Assembly (NCBI GenBank): GCA_002774365.1
Contig: PEYM01000148.1
Span: 692-64,691, forward strand
Length of the DNA stretch: 64,000 nt
Direction of reading: 5' to 3'
Source: Candidatus Saganbacteria bacterium CG08_land_8_20_14_0_20_45_16
Lineage (GTDB): Bacteria; Margulisbacteria; WOR-1; O2-12-FULL-45-9
The notes below the pieces were generated by a model. It was not told where the DNA came from and made no database searches. It saw nothing but the letters and a program-made list of their open reading frames with translations. Within the stretch, counting starts at the first letter, position 1. The number at the start of each line of letters is the position of its first letter. The position numbers and the translations under genes were made by a program. Shown here one piece after another: positions 1-8,929 of this stretch.

Positions 1-180
1 TTTTAATTTAAACTCGTCTTCTGCCGTAACTTTAATGTCTTGGTTTTCTTTTTCAATCTTACTGATGCTCCCCTTAAAATCAAAACGGGTGGTGATCTCC
101 TTAATGGCCATTTGGATGGCGTTATCAATCTCTTGCCGATTTGGCTTGCTGACTATATCAAATGAATGATCTTGTGGCAT
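1..180 (-). CDS. yajQ: YajQ family nucleotide-binding protein (UPF0234/DUF520), N-terminal 60 aa only; the gene runs off the window start
   Basis: The reverse complement of 1..180 begins ATG at 178-180 and reads [40 protein letters not shown]. This matches the conserved YajQ N-terminus (MPSFDIVSE...RFDFKG). Confidence 0.6.
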   Translation of the reverse strand, partial: MPQDHSFDIVSKPNRQEIDNAIQMAIKEITTRFDFKGSISKIEKENQDIKVTAEDEFKLK

Positions 181-254
181 GATTTTATTATAGCACAGGT
201 CACGAATATTGCAGCGGGATTGAGAGCCTTACAAAAATAGGTTATACTCTTTTT

Positions 255-944
255 ATGCCTGACCTCCAAGCCAACCTGCGATCTGTCAAACAGCGTATTG
301 CCCAGGCGGCGGGACAGACCGGCCGTCAATCTGACGCGATCAAATTGGTTGTTGTTACCAAAACTGTGCCGGTGGAGCTGATCGAGCAAATTATTCAAGC
401 TGGAGTAACTGACCTTGGCGAAAATCGGGTCCGGGATGCCTTGCCTAAAATTCAAGCCTTAAAAAACAAGTATCCTGAAGTGAGGTGGCACATGATCGGC
501 CACTTGCAGCGCAATAAAGTTAAACAAGTGCTTGATAATTTTGACCTTCTCCAAGCTGTTGATTCTGAGAGGTTGGCCAGAGAAATTGACGCTAAGGCTG
601 GCCAACAGGGCAGGGTGATCCCGGTCTTAGCTGAGATCAAGACCTCAACAGAAGAGACAAAATATGGAGTGCCTATTGACTCTGCGGTAGAATTTGTTAG
701 AATTTTAACTACCTGCCAAAATATTAGAGTTGTTGGGCTAATGACTATGGGTCCGCTGACTATTGACCCAGAAGCAGCCAGGCCGTGTTTTAGAAAGTTA
801 AAAGATTTAAGTATTAAGATCAAAGACTTGAGCCTAGCCAATATCGAGTTAGCCTATCTGTCAATGGGGATGTCTAATGATTTTGAAGTGGCTATCCAGG
901 AGGGTTCAAATATGGTCAGGGTTGGGCGAGCGATCTTTACCTAA
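255..944 (+). CDS. yggS: YggS/YlmE family pyridoxal-phosphate homeostasis protein (alanine racemase N-terminal-like fold)
   Basis: 229 aa with typical YggS motifs (VTKTVP, HMIGHLQRNK, MGMSNDFEVAIQEGSNMVRVGRAIF). It lies in a conserved ylmE-sepF-proC-ylmG neighbourhood. Confidence 0.85.
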   Translation: MPDLQANLRSVKQRIAQAAGQTGRQSDAIKLVVVTKTVPVELIEQIIQAGVTDLGENRVRDALPKIQALKNKYPEVRWHMIGHLQRNKVKQVLDNFDLLQAVDSERLAREIDAKAGQQGRVIPVLAEIKTSTEETKYGVPIDSAVEFVRILTTCQNIRVVGLMTMGPLTIDPEAARPCFRKLKDLSIKIKDLSLANIELAYLSMGMSNDFEVAIQEGSNMVRVGRAIFT

Positions 945-974
945 TTGTGCAGCAGAGAAAAGGAGTGAAAGAAA

Positions 975-1415
975 ATGGTTGAAAGTTTGTTTAAGCGGGC
1001 TAAGGCTTTTATTGGTTTAGAGGAAGAGGGCGAGGTCGACCATCATTATGGACAGCAGCTTGATATGAACACTATTCTTAAAAGTAAAAAGGACTCAAAA
1101 ATTGACTCGACTTACAGTGTTATTTATTACGAGCCCAAGGTCTATGAGGATTCCCTTAATATTTCGATCCACCTGCGTGGCGGCGCGCCAGTTGTGATTA
1201 ACTTAAAACATCTTGACCCAGCAGAAGGCACTAGGTTGATTGATTTTGTTTGCGGCACCGCGTATGCGATCAATGGCCACATGATGAAAATTGGCGAATC
1301 AATCTTTTTGTTTACTCCGAGCAACATTGCGATTACCTCGGCTGATGAGCGTTCTGCGCTGGGCGAAGAAATGGCTTATGACGAAGAACAGCGTGAGGCG
1401 TTTTTTTCAAGATAG
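975..1415 (+). CDS. sepF: Cell division protein SepF
   Basis: 146 aa. The C-terminal domain matches SepF/DUF552 (VVINLKHLDPAEGTRLIDFVCGTAYAINGHMMKIGESIFLFTPSNIAI). An RBS GGAG lies upstream. Confidence 0.8.
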   Translation: MVESLFKRAKAFIGLEEEGEVDHHYGQQLDMNTILKSKKDSKIDSTYSVIYYEPKVYEDSLNISIHLRGGAPVVINLKHLDPAEGTRLIDFVCGTAYAINGHMMKIGESIFLFTPSNIAITSADERSALGEEMAYDEEQREAFFSR

Positions 1416-1428
1416 TTGGGGGAGCTAA

Positions 1429-2250
1429 GTGAAAATATCTTTTATCGGTGCCGGTAAGATGGCAGAGGCCCTCATGGCCCGGTTGCCTGCTTCTGAGAAC
1501 GTAATTATTACTGATGTTAACAAGGCCCGGCTCAACTTGCTGAAACGCAAATATCGGGTTGAGCTAGCCAAGGACAACTTTGAGGCTTATTGCCAAGGTG
1601 AAATAGTTATTTTGGCGGTCAAGCCCCAGAATATGTCTGCAGTGTTGGCCAACTTAGCGCCACAGCTTAAATCTGGGGCATCTGCCTTGTCCAGCCGTAT
1701 TAAATTGATTGTTTCAATTGCTGCTGGCGTGCCGCTGGCTTTTTTACAAAAGGGTTTGCCAGGGGTTTTGCTGGTCCGGGCAATGCCCAATAATCCAGCA
1801 TTGGTAGGCAAGGGGATAACGGCCTTGGCCCACGGTCCTCGGGTAACGCCTAAGATGTTGACCAAGGTTAGAAAATTGTTTGACCAGGTTGGAGAAACCG
1901 TGATTGTGCCAGAAAGATTATTAGACGCAGTGACTGGTCTTTCTGGCTCTGGCCCGGCTTTTGTGTACTTGGCAATTGAGGGCTTGGCGTTGGGTGGGGT
2001 GGTGGCAGGCTTGCCCAAAAAGCTGGCTTTTCAGTTGGCAGTGGCCACGGCGCTGGGCGCGGCGGAAACGCTTAAAGTGACCCAACAGGCGCCAGAGGAG
2101 CTAATTAACTTAGTGGCTTCACCTGGTGGGACAACGATCGAAGGGCTAAAAGTTCTTAAGCGCACAAGGCTATCAAGAAATTTGCTGGAGGCAGTTGTGG
2201 CTGCCGCTAAAAAATCCAAAATAATGTCTAAACGCTGGGCAAAAGAGTAG
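1429..2250 (+). CDS. proC: Pyrroline-5-carboxylate reductase
   Basis: 273 aa with a GTG start. N-terminal Rossmann motif IGAGKMAEAL and a P5CR C-terminal dimerisation domain (SPGGTTIEGLKVLK). Confidence 0.85.
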   Translation: MKISFIGAGKMAEALMARLPASENVIITDVNKARLNLLKRKYRVELAKDNFEAYCQGEIVILAVKPQNMSAVLANLAPQLKSGASALSSRIKLIVSIAAGVPLAFLQKGLPGVLLVRAMPNNPALVGKGITALAHGPRVTPKMLTKVRKLFDQVGETVIVPERLLDAVTGLSGSGPAFVYLAIEGLALGGVVAGLPKKLAFQLAVATALGAAETLKVTQQAPEELINLVASPGGTTIEGLKVLKRTRLSRNLLEAVVAAAKKSKIMSKRWAKE

Positions 2251-2352
2251 TGACTGGGGCTTTTTTGGCTTTGAACTTGGCAACTGGCGACGCTATTGTT
2301 AAAGTTTGATCCATACTTATTGGAGTTTGCATTTTAAAGAGTTAGGATTATT

Positions 2353-2610
2353 ATGGACTTTGTAATTTTTGTTGTTAATTTTTTATTTTCAATTGCTTAT
2401 ATTGTTTTGGCGCTGCGGGCCATTGTTGTGTGGCTGCCAAACAGTCGGGACTTAGCTTGGCTATGGCCGATTTATGGGGTAACAGATCCTATTTTACGCA
2501 TATTCAGGCTAGCTTTTCCGCCGCAAAAGATTGGGTTTGATGTGTCTCCTTTTTTAGTAATATTTTTTATTTGGCTGGTCCAGCGCTGGCTGATGACCTG
2601 GCTGGTTTAA
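2353..2610 (+). CDS. yggT: YggT/YlmG family membrane protein
   Basis: 85 aa, two TM segments. Position after sepF-proC is typical of ylmG. Confidence 0.7.
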   Translation: MDFVIFVVNFLFSIAYIVLALRAIVVWLPNSRDLAWLWPIYGVTDPILRIFRLAFPPQKIGFDVSPFLVIFFIWLVQRWLMTWLV

Positions 2611-2620
2611 AGGAGTAATT

Positions 2621-3544
2621 ATGACGGTTTTAATTGTTGGGACCTTAGGCTTGGATACGATTGAGACCCCTTTTGGCCTGAAAAAAGATATTTTGGGCGG
2701 GTCAGCAGTGCACGCTGCCATGGCGGCCAGCTTTTATAGCCAAGCAGCCATTGTTGGGGTTGTTGGCGCTGATTTTCCGACTGAACACTTGGCCCTTTTA
2801 AAGGAGCGGGGGATTGATGTAAGTGGGATTGAGGTGGGCAAAGGCGAAACTTTTCGCTGGTCTGGTTATTATGAATATGACATGAACCAGGCCCACACCC
2901 GTGATACTCGCTTAAATGTTTATAACACCTTTGATCCCAAAGTCCCAGACAAGCTGAAAAAAGCTGAATATGTTTTTCTGGCGAACCTTGACCCGCAATT
3001 ACAGCTCAAGGTGATCAAACAATTGGACAGCCCTAAGTTAATTGCCATGGACACAATGGATTTTTGGATCAATAATAAACGTGAGGCTTTGCGTGAGGTG
3101 ATCAAACAGGTTGATTTTTTACTGCTGAATGATGGTGAGGCCAGGCAATTTATGGAAACCCCTAATATTCCTTTGGCGGCTGCCAGGTTGCGTCAGCTGG
3201 GGGCTAAGTCAGTGATTATTAAGAAAGGAGAGCACGGCGCGCTTTTGTTTGATCAAGGGGGCAGGCATTTTTCTGCCCCGTCTTATCCGCAAGAGATGTT
3301 ACGCGACCCGACCGGAGCTGGGGATTCTTTTGCTGGTGGTTTTATTGGTTATCTGGCCAGAACGCAAGATGTTTCTTCGGCCAATATTCGTCGGGCGATT
3401 GTGGTTGGTTCAGTTATGGCCTCTTTTAATGTTGAAGATTTTAGTTTGGATAGAATGAAGCGCTTGACCCCGCAAGAGATTGGCCGGCGTTTTGACGAGT
3501 TCCGCGGCTTTGCGGAGTTTGGGGCCTTAAACATTAAGCTTTAA
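2621..3544 (+). CDS. PfkB-family carbohydrate kinase (ribokinase-like)
   Basis: 307 aa. C-terminal PfkB signature DPTGAGDSFAGGFIGYLA. RBS AGGAG at 2610-2614. Confidence 0.65.
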   Translation: MTVLIVGTLGLDTIETPFGLKKDILGGSAVHAAMAASFYSQAAIVGVVGADFPTEHLALLKERGIDVSGIEVGKGETFRWSGYYEYDMNQAHTRDTRLNVYNTFDPKVPDKLKKAEYVFLANLDPQLQLKVIKQLDSPKLIAMDTMDFWINNKREALREVIKQVDFLLLNDGEARQFMETPNIPLAAARLRQLGAKSVIIKKGEHGALLFDQGGRHFSAPSYPQEMLRDPTGAGDSFAGGFIGYLARTQDVSSANIRRAIVVGSVMASFNVEDFSLDRMKRLTPQEIGRRFDEFRGFAEFGALNIKL

Positions 3545-3556
3545 AAGGAGGATCTT

Positions 3557-4249
3557 ATGTTAGCTGAGTTTAAAAGGATTGGCAGGTTTTTATTTGAGGA
3601 GCACTTGATTGATTCGCATGGCGGTAATTTGAGCTTGAGACAGGGTGACAGGATATTTATTACTAGGCGTGACGCCATGCTTGGCGACCTCAAAGATGGT
3701 GATATTATTGAAGTTGGTCTTGAGCCAGGCAGTGGTGATGACTTGGCTTCTCGTGAGCTGCCAACCCACCGAGCCCTTTATAAGCAAGGGACGATCAAGG
3801 CCATTGTGCATGCCCATCCAGCCAAGGCGATCGCGATCTCACTTACAGATAATAAGGTTGTGCCGCAAGACAGCGAAGGAATATTTTTGTATAAAGCGGC
3901 ACCGATTGTTAGGGTGCGTGACGGGGTTGGCTCAGAAGAGACAGTAAGATTGCTGCCATCTTTTTTAGGCCGAGAAAATGTCGTGGTTATGGTTAAGGGC
4001 CACGGCAGCTTTGCGATTGGCGAGACATTGGAAGAAGCCTATAAATATACCTCGTCTTTAGAAAACTCTTGCCGAGTTTTAATTGCCATGCGCTCTTCAG
4101 CCTCATCTTCTCCAAGCAAGAGCCAAGGACATACGCGGCAAAAACCTGTCATGGGTGGCCGCGTTGGCCGACGTGACTCCCAAGGGTATAGCTCTGCTAT
4201 CCCTCCTGGGATTGGCGTGATGGACCGGAGCCGCTATCGTAGCCGATGA
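3557..4249 (+). CDS. Class II aldolase/adducin-family protein (fuculose-phosphate aldolase / MTRu-1-P dehydratase-like) with a low-complexity C-terminal tail
   Basis: The N-terminal ~180 aa match the class II aldolase fold (HGGNLS, HAHP). The last ~50 aa are Ser/Arg/Gly-rich and overlap the rel start by ATGA. Confidence 0.6.
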   Translation: MLAEFKRIGRFLFEEHLIDSHGGNLSLRQGDRIFITRRDAMLGDLKDGDIIEVGLEPGSGDDLASRELPTHRALYKQGTIKAIVHAHPAKAIAISLTDNKVVPQDSEGIFLYKAAPIVRVRDGVGSEETVRLLPSFLGRENVVVMVKGHGSFAIGETLEEAYKYTSSLENSCRVLIAMRSSASSSPSKSQGHTRQKPVMGGRVGRRDSQGYSSAIPPGIGVMDRSRYRSR

Positions 4250-6204
4250 AAGAGCTGACTGAACTGCTGGACAAGGTGGCGGCGTATTCTCCTAAGACTG
4301 ACCTTGGTCTGGTGGAGCATGCTTTTCAGCTAGCCCAAAAAGCGCACCAAAGCTACAAACGTTTGTCTGGCGATCCTTACATTACCCATCCTTTGGCGGT
4401 GGCCCTGATTTTAGCTGAGCTAGAACAGGATGTCTTTGCTATTGCGGCGGCCTTGCTTCACGATGTGGTTGAAGATGCTGGGATCACGCTTGAACAAATC
4501 TCAAGTGACTTTGGTCCTGAGGTTGCCAGGTTGGTGGCTGGGGTGACTAAACTTAGCCAACTTAGCTTTGTTAATCGTGAATTGCAGCAGGCTGAAAATT
4601 TTCGCAAGATGTTCTTGGCCATGGCCGAAGACTTTCGGATTGTAGTGATCAAATTAGCTGATCGTTTGCATAATATGCGCACACTTAAATACCTGCCGCT
4701 TGCCAAACAAAAAGCCACTGCAATAGAAACCAAAGAAATTTATGCGCCCTTGGCCCATCGCTTGGGGGTCTGGCGTATTAAATGGGAGCTTGAAGACCTA
4801 TCCTTTGCTTGTTTGTCCAGTGAGGAGTATGCAGAGATCAAGCGCAAAGTGGCTGAAAGCCGGAATAAGCGTGAAACATACATCCAAGATTTTATCAGGG
4901 AGGCTACTGAGCTACTCCAGCGGGTAGGGATTGGTGGTGAGATCAATGGCCGGGCCAAGCATTTTTTTAGCATTTATCATAAAATGGTCGACCAAAACCT
5001 TGATTTTGATGAGATTTATGATTTGACTGCGGTCAGGATTATTGTTGACGGGATCAAGGATTGTTACGCGGTTTTAGGCGTGGTACACGCGGCGTGGAAG
5101 CCGATCCCAGGTAGGTTTAGGGATTATATTGCCATGCCTAAATCAAATGGCTATCAATCGTTGCATACCACGGTGATTGGACCAGCTGGCCGGCCGGTTG
5201 AGATCCAGATCCGGACACATGAAATGCATCGCATTGCTGAGTATGGGATCGCGGCCCATTGGTGCTACAAAGAAAAAGCAACTGACAAAAATCTTGACGC
5301 TAAAATGGCTTGGTTTCGAGAAATGCTTGAATGGCAAGGTGAGCTTAAGGATGCCAAGGATTTTATGGAGAGCCTTAAGATTAACTTATTTATTGATGAG
5401 GTTTTTGTTTTTACTCCCAAGGGTGATGTTTTTGGTTTGCCCAGTGGGGCGAACCCAGTTGATTTTGCCTATCGTGTCCACACAGAAGTTGGTCACCGCA
5501 CAGTTGGCGCCAAGGTTAACGGCCGCATTGTGCCGCTGGATCATAAGCTGCAGAGTGGTGATATTGTTGAAATCTTGACTGGCAAAAAAGATAATCCTAG
5601 CCGGGATTGGGTGAGGTTTGTCAAGACAGCTGCGGCCCGGGTCAAGATAAAAAACTGGTTTAAAAAGCATCAAGGAGAACCGAAAACTAAGGTTGCCCAA
5701 GCAGTTATTACTGAGGTGGAGGACAAGGTCAGGCCTCTGCCGGTCCAGAAATCAAGGGGCAAGACCAAGTCCCCTGTTACTGTGGCCGGGCTAGAAAATG
5801 TTTTGGTGCGATTTTCCAAATGTTGCAACCCAATTCCTGGCGAAAAAATTGTAGGATTTATTACCAAGGGCAGGGGGATTGCTATTCATGCTTATGAGTG
5901 TGCCAATATTATTAATAAAAAAGCTCAGCTTGATCGTTTAGTTAAGGTTGAGTGGAACTCTGACAGCGAAAAGATTTTTTCTGTTGCAATTGAAGTGGAG
6001 GCCTTTGATCGAGTTGGCTTGCTTAAAGATATATTAGCAGCAGTGGCCGAAACAAAGACCAATGTTTCTGCTGCTAATATTTCAACGAAGCGGGGGAGTT
6101 CGGCTTTTCTGCGCTTGACACTTGATGTTAAGGATAAAAGGCAGCTTGATCAGGTGGTGGCGACAGTTAGAAGATTGGCTGATGTCTACGAAGTCAAAAA
6201 GTAA
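4246..6204 (+). CDS. rel: Bifunctional (p)ppGpp synthetase/hydrolase Rel (RelA/SpoT homolog)
   Basis: 652 aa. HD hydrolase motif (HDVVEDAG), RelA/SpoT synthetase domain, TGS and C-terminal ACT-like region. Confidence 0.9.
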   Translation: MKELTELLDKVAAYSPKTDLGLVEHAFQLAQKAHQSYKRLSGDPYITHPLAVALILAELEQDVFAIAAALLHDVVEDAGITLEQISSDFGPEVARLVAGVTKLSQLSFVNRELQQAENFRKMFLAMAEDFRIVVIKLADRLHNMRTLKYLPLAKQKATAIETKEIYAPLAHRLGVWRIKWELEDLSFACLSSEEYAEIKRKVAESRNKRETYIQDFIREATELLQRVGIGGEINGRAKHFFSIYHKMVDQNLDFDEIYDLTAVRIIVDGIKDCYAVLGVVHAAWKPIPGRFRDYIAMPKSNGYQSLHTTVIGPAGRPVEIQIRTHEMHRIAEYGIAAHWCYKEKATDKNLDAKMAWFREMLEWQGELKDAKDFMESLKINLFIDEVFVFTPKGDVFGLPSGANPVDFAYRVHTEVGHRTVGAKVNGRIVPLDHKLQSGDIVEILTGKKDNPSRDWVRFVKTAAARVKIKNWFKKHQGEPKTKVAQAVITEVEDKVRPLPVQKSRGKTKSPVTVAGLENVLVRFSKCCNPIPGEKIVGFITKGRGIAIHAYECANIINKKAQLDRLVKVEWNSDSEKIFSVAIEVEAFDRVGLLKDILAAVAETKTNVSAANISTKRGSSAFLRLTLDVKDKRQLDQVVATVRRLADVYEVKK

Positions 6205-6217
6205 ATTTTTGCCCTCT

Positions 6218-6246
6218 TTGTTTACCTTTTTAATTCATGTTATAAT
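6218..6246 (+). promoter_or_regulatory. Candidate sigma70-type promoter (TTGTTT-17 nt-TATAAT) upstream of holB
   Basis: TTGTTT at 6218-6223 and TATAAT at 6241-6246, 10 nt upstream of the holB ATG. Sequence pattern only. Confidence 0.25.
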
Positions 6247-6255
6247 CATGGCTCA

Positions 6256-6966
6256 ATGTCACGTATCAAGACTATTCTTGAAAGCATTGTTAGGTCCGGC
6301 CGCGTAGCCGGGGCTTATCTTTTTGTTGGTCCCCCTGGTGCTGGCAAAAGAAAAGCGGCCAGTGAGTTTTCTGGCTTGCTTGGCTGTAGCAAGATTAACG
6401 AGGTCGTGGTGGCTCCGGCTGGTGGTAGTATAAAAATTGAACAAATCAGAGAGCTGCAAAAAGTAGTGCGTTATGGGCCAACCAATGGTGCCTATCTCCT
6501 AGTGATTGTTGAGGAAGCTGACAAATTGACTGATCAGGCAGCTGCCGCGTTCCTTAAAACCTTGGAGGAGCCAATGGCTGGGGTAGTTTTTGTGCTCTTG
6601 GTTACCAGGGAAGATAAGCTGCCGTTGACCATTATTTCCCGTTGTCAAAAATTGATCTTGGCAGAAAAAATCAGCCCATGGCAATCGCAGGCTGAACGCG
6701 CCATTTGGTATGAGCAATTTAGCGCGCTGAACAGTCAAGGGGTGCTTAAGGCCTTGGCCCTGGCCACTGCTTTGGAAAAAGAAAAGGAGCGGCTGGAAGA
6801 ACTGCTTTATGATGTGGCACTTTTTTTTCGGGTCAGTTTAGGTCGGATCCGCTGTGCTAGGATAATTTTAGACTCCTTGCGTTATTTAAAGCGGCGCGCA
6901 AATTTTAAAGTGACCTTAGATGTGATGTGTTTGAAATTGGCGAGCGACCTTGAGGGGCAAAGATAA
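6256..6966 (+). CDS. holB: DNA polymerase III delta-prime subunit (short form)
   Basis: AAA+ Walker A GPPGAGK and a TRED(K) sensor-like motif. Followed by a PSP1/yaaT gene, as in many bacteria. Confidence 0.65.
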   Translation: MSRIKTILESIVRSGRVAGAYLFVGPPGAGKRKAASEFSGLLGCSKINEVVVAPAGGSIKIEQIRELQKVVRYGPTNGAYLLVIVEEADKLTDQAAAAFLKTLEEPMAGVVFVLLVTREDKLPLTIISRCQKLILAEKISPWQSQAERAIWYEQFSALNSQGVLKALALATALEKEKERLEELLYDVALFFRVSLGRIRCARIILDSLRYLKRRANFKVTLDVMCLKLASDLEGQR

Positions 6967-7625
6967 TGAGCAAAAAAAAATCCTTGGGGATTAAACTTAG
7001 GAAATTTAACCGTTCCTGTCCGATTACTGGCTATAAGGAAGACTCGATCAAAATTGGGGCGCCAGTAGTTGTCCAGACTGACCGGGGCGTTGAATATGGA
7101 CAAATAGTTGAGTTTAAGCCTGGTTCAGATAGGACATCTTCGCAAGATGTACGCTTAAAAAAGGTCTTGCGTTATGCTACCTCAGAAGATATTGACAAGG
7201 CTAAAACTCTGGCTGAACTGGAAGCTAAGGCGACTAAGATTACCCTAGACAAAATTATCGAATACGAGCTGCCAATAAAACTGGCCAGTCTTGAATATTT
7301 ATTTGATACCAGCCGGGTCATGATCTATTACAAGGTGAAAGACGGGAGCAAGGTTAAGAGCTTGCGAGAGCTGACCCGTGACCTGGCAACCAGTCTTGAG
7401 GCCAGGGTAACCTTAAAACAGATTTCGCCTCGAGATGAAGCTCGCTTTTTTGGCGGTTTGGGGCCATGCGGCAAAACACTTTGTTGCTGCGCTTGGCTTG
7501 ACAAGCCCAGGCATGTTACTGTCAAAATGGCCAAAGAGCAGGGGCTCTCGATCTCGCCCACCAAAACATCTGGGATGTGTGGACGCTTGATGTGCTGTTT
7601 GGAGTATGAGTACGACAAGCGTTAG
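6966..7625 (+). CDS. PSP1 C-terminal domain protein (stage 0 sporulation protein YaaT / RicT-like)
   Basis: 219 aa. PSP1 domain with a C-terminal Cys cluster (CGKTLCCCAW...CGRLMCCLEY). TAATG overlap with holB. Confidence 0.75.
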   Translation: MSKKKSLGIKLRKFNRSCPITGYKEDSIKIGAPVVVQTDRGVEYGQIVEFKPGSDRTSSQDVRLKKVLRYATSEDIDKAKTLAELEAKATKITLDKIIEYELPIKLASLEYLFDTSRVMIYYKVKDGSKVKSLRELTRDLATSLEARVTLKQISPRDEARFFGGLGPCGKTLCCCAWLDKPRHVTVKMAKEQGLSISPTKTSGMCGRLMCCLEYEYDKR

Positions 7626-7661
7626 CTTGTTTTAATTTTTATTTGGAGAAGGAGGGGAGTT

Positions 7662-7856
7662 ATGGTTAAAGTAGAATTGAGAAAGGGCGAACCGATCGAA
7701 AAAGCCTTGCGTAAATTTAAGACAAGACTTAAATTTGAAGGGGTCTTGGACGAAATAAAGGATAGAGAGTATTACGAAAAGCCCTCTCAGCGCAGAAGAA
7801 AACAGCGCGAAGCCGCTAAGCGCAGAGAGGTCAAAAGACGCAAAGAGGCTGAATGA
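7662..7856 (+). CDS. rpsU: 30S ribosomal protein S21
   Basis: 64 aa, basic C-terminal tail. MVKVELRKGEPIEKALRKFK matches the S21 N-terminus. Confidence 0.9.
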   Translation: MVKVELRKGEPIEKALRKFKTRLKFEGVLDEIKDREYYEKPSQRRRKQREAAKRREVKRRKEAE

Positions 7857-8929
7857 AAACCCTGGACCGGTATGTAGCCGTGGAACTGATCGGCCCATTT
7901 TTGATTGGCGTGGTGGGTTTTGTCTTGGTCATGACGGTTGATCTTTTGTTCACGATGGCTGATTTGATCATTAATAAAGGGGTCCCATTTTGGGCGGTCT
8001 TAAAATTATTGATCTATAAGCTGCCGTCAATTATGGTCATGACTTTTCCTGTTTCAACCCTGTTTGCCACTGCTATGTCAATGGGCCGTTTTTCCAAGGA
8101 CAATGAGCTGGTGGCCCTGCGCACCTCTGGGGTCAGTCTTTTTAGGATTGCCCTGCCGATTTTGCTGATCGGCTTGACGGTGACGGTTATTTCATATATT
8201 ACCAACGAGAAAATAGTTCCCCGCGCTAATTATGTCGCCACCAATATTATCCGCCAGGTTATTTACAAAAAACCCTTGCCAGAAGTAAAGGAAGATGTTT
8301 TTTTTAAAGATGCCTTTAATCGTTATTATTATGCCCGGCGGGTTGACATGAAAACGAAGCTTATGCAGGACATTATGGTCTATGAGATTACGGCCGAGCG
8401 TTTTCCTCGAATGATCTTGGCTAAAGAAGGTGCCTTTAATGACCGGTTTTGGGAATTAAAGGATGGGGTGATCCACAAGTATGACGCGAATGGCTATGTA
8501 AATTATGAGGCGGCTTTTGTCGCCATGAAATTGAATGTCAGCGATGATGTGGTGAATTTTAGCGGGGATAAAGATTCACAGGAGATGGACAGCAGCGAGC
8601 TGAAACAAAAAATAAGCGTGCTGCAGCAGGGTGGAGTAAGCACAAACAATTATCAAACTGCGCTGTACATGAAATTTGCGATCCCGCTGTCTTGCTTTGT
8701 TTTTGCCTTGATTGGTATCCCTTTTTCTCTGCCTTCGCCTCGGTCTGGCCGGACTTGGGGCATGGTGATCACCATAGTTTTTATGTTTACTTTTTATGTT
8801 TTTGCCTCGGTCTTTCGCTCGCTTGGCCGAGGTGGGCTGTTGCCGCCAGTGGTGGCGGCCTTTACCCCGCAACTTTCTTTTGCTATTATCGGTGGGCTAC
8901 TTCTTTTAAGGGAGGGCTTATCAAGATGA
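7853..8929 (+). CDS. LPS export ABC transporter permease, LptF/LptG (YjgP/YjgQ) family
   Basis: 358 aa, 6 TM segments with a periplasmic beta-jellyroll insert between TM3 and TM4, as in the YjgP/YjgQ family. Confidence 0.75.
   Translation: MKTLDRYVAVELIGPFLIGVVGFVLVMTVDLLFTMADLIINKGVPFWAVLKLLIYKLPSIMVMTFPVSTLFATAMSMGRFSKDNELVALRTSGVSLFRIALPILLIGLTVTVISYITNEKIVPRANYVATNIIRQVIYKKPLPEVKEDVFFKDAFNRYYYARRVDMKTKLMQDIMVYEITAERFPRMILAKEGAFNDRFWELKDGVIHKYDANGYVNYEAAFVAMKLNVSDDVVNFSGDKDSQEMDSSELKQKISVLQQGGVSTNNYQTALYMKFAIPLSCFVFALIGIPFSLPSPRSGRTWGMVITIVFMFTFYVFASVFRSLGRGGLLPPVVAAFTPQLSFAIIGGLLLLREGLSR

Noticed and set aside
153-841. Minus-strand ORFs 153..455 and 452..841 antisense to yggS
   Set aside because: They overlap a confidently assigned, well-conserved + strand gene, have no RBS and no recognisable domain, and are typical shadow ORFs.
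8692-8925. 78-codon N-terminal extension of the TPR ORF (track start 8692)
   Set aside because: It overlaps the last 240 nt of the LptF/G permease gene in another frame. An ATG at 8926 with a GGAGGG RBS and an ATGA stop-start overlap is a far better start.
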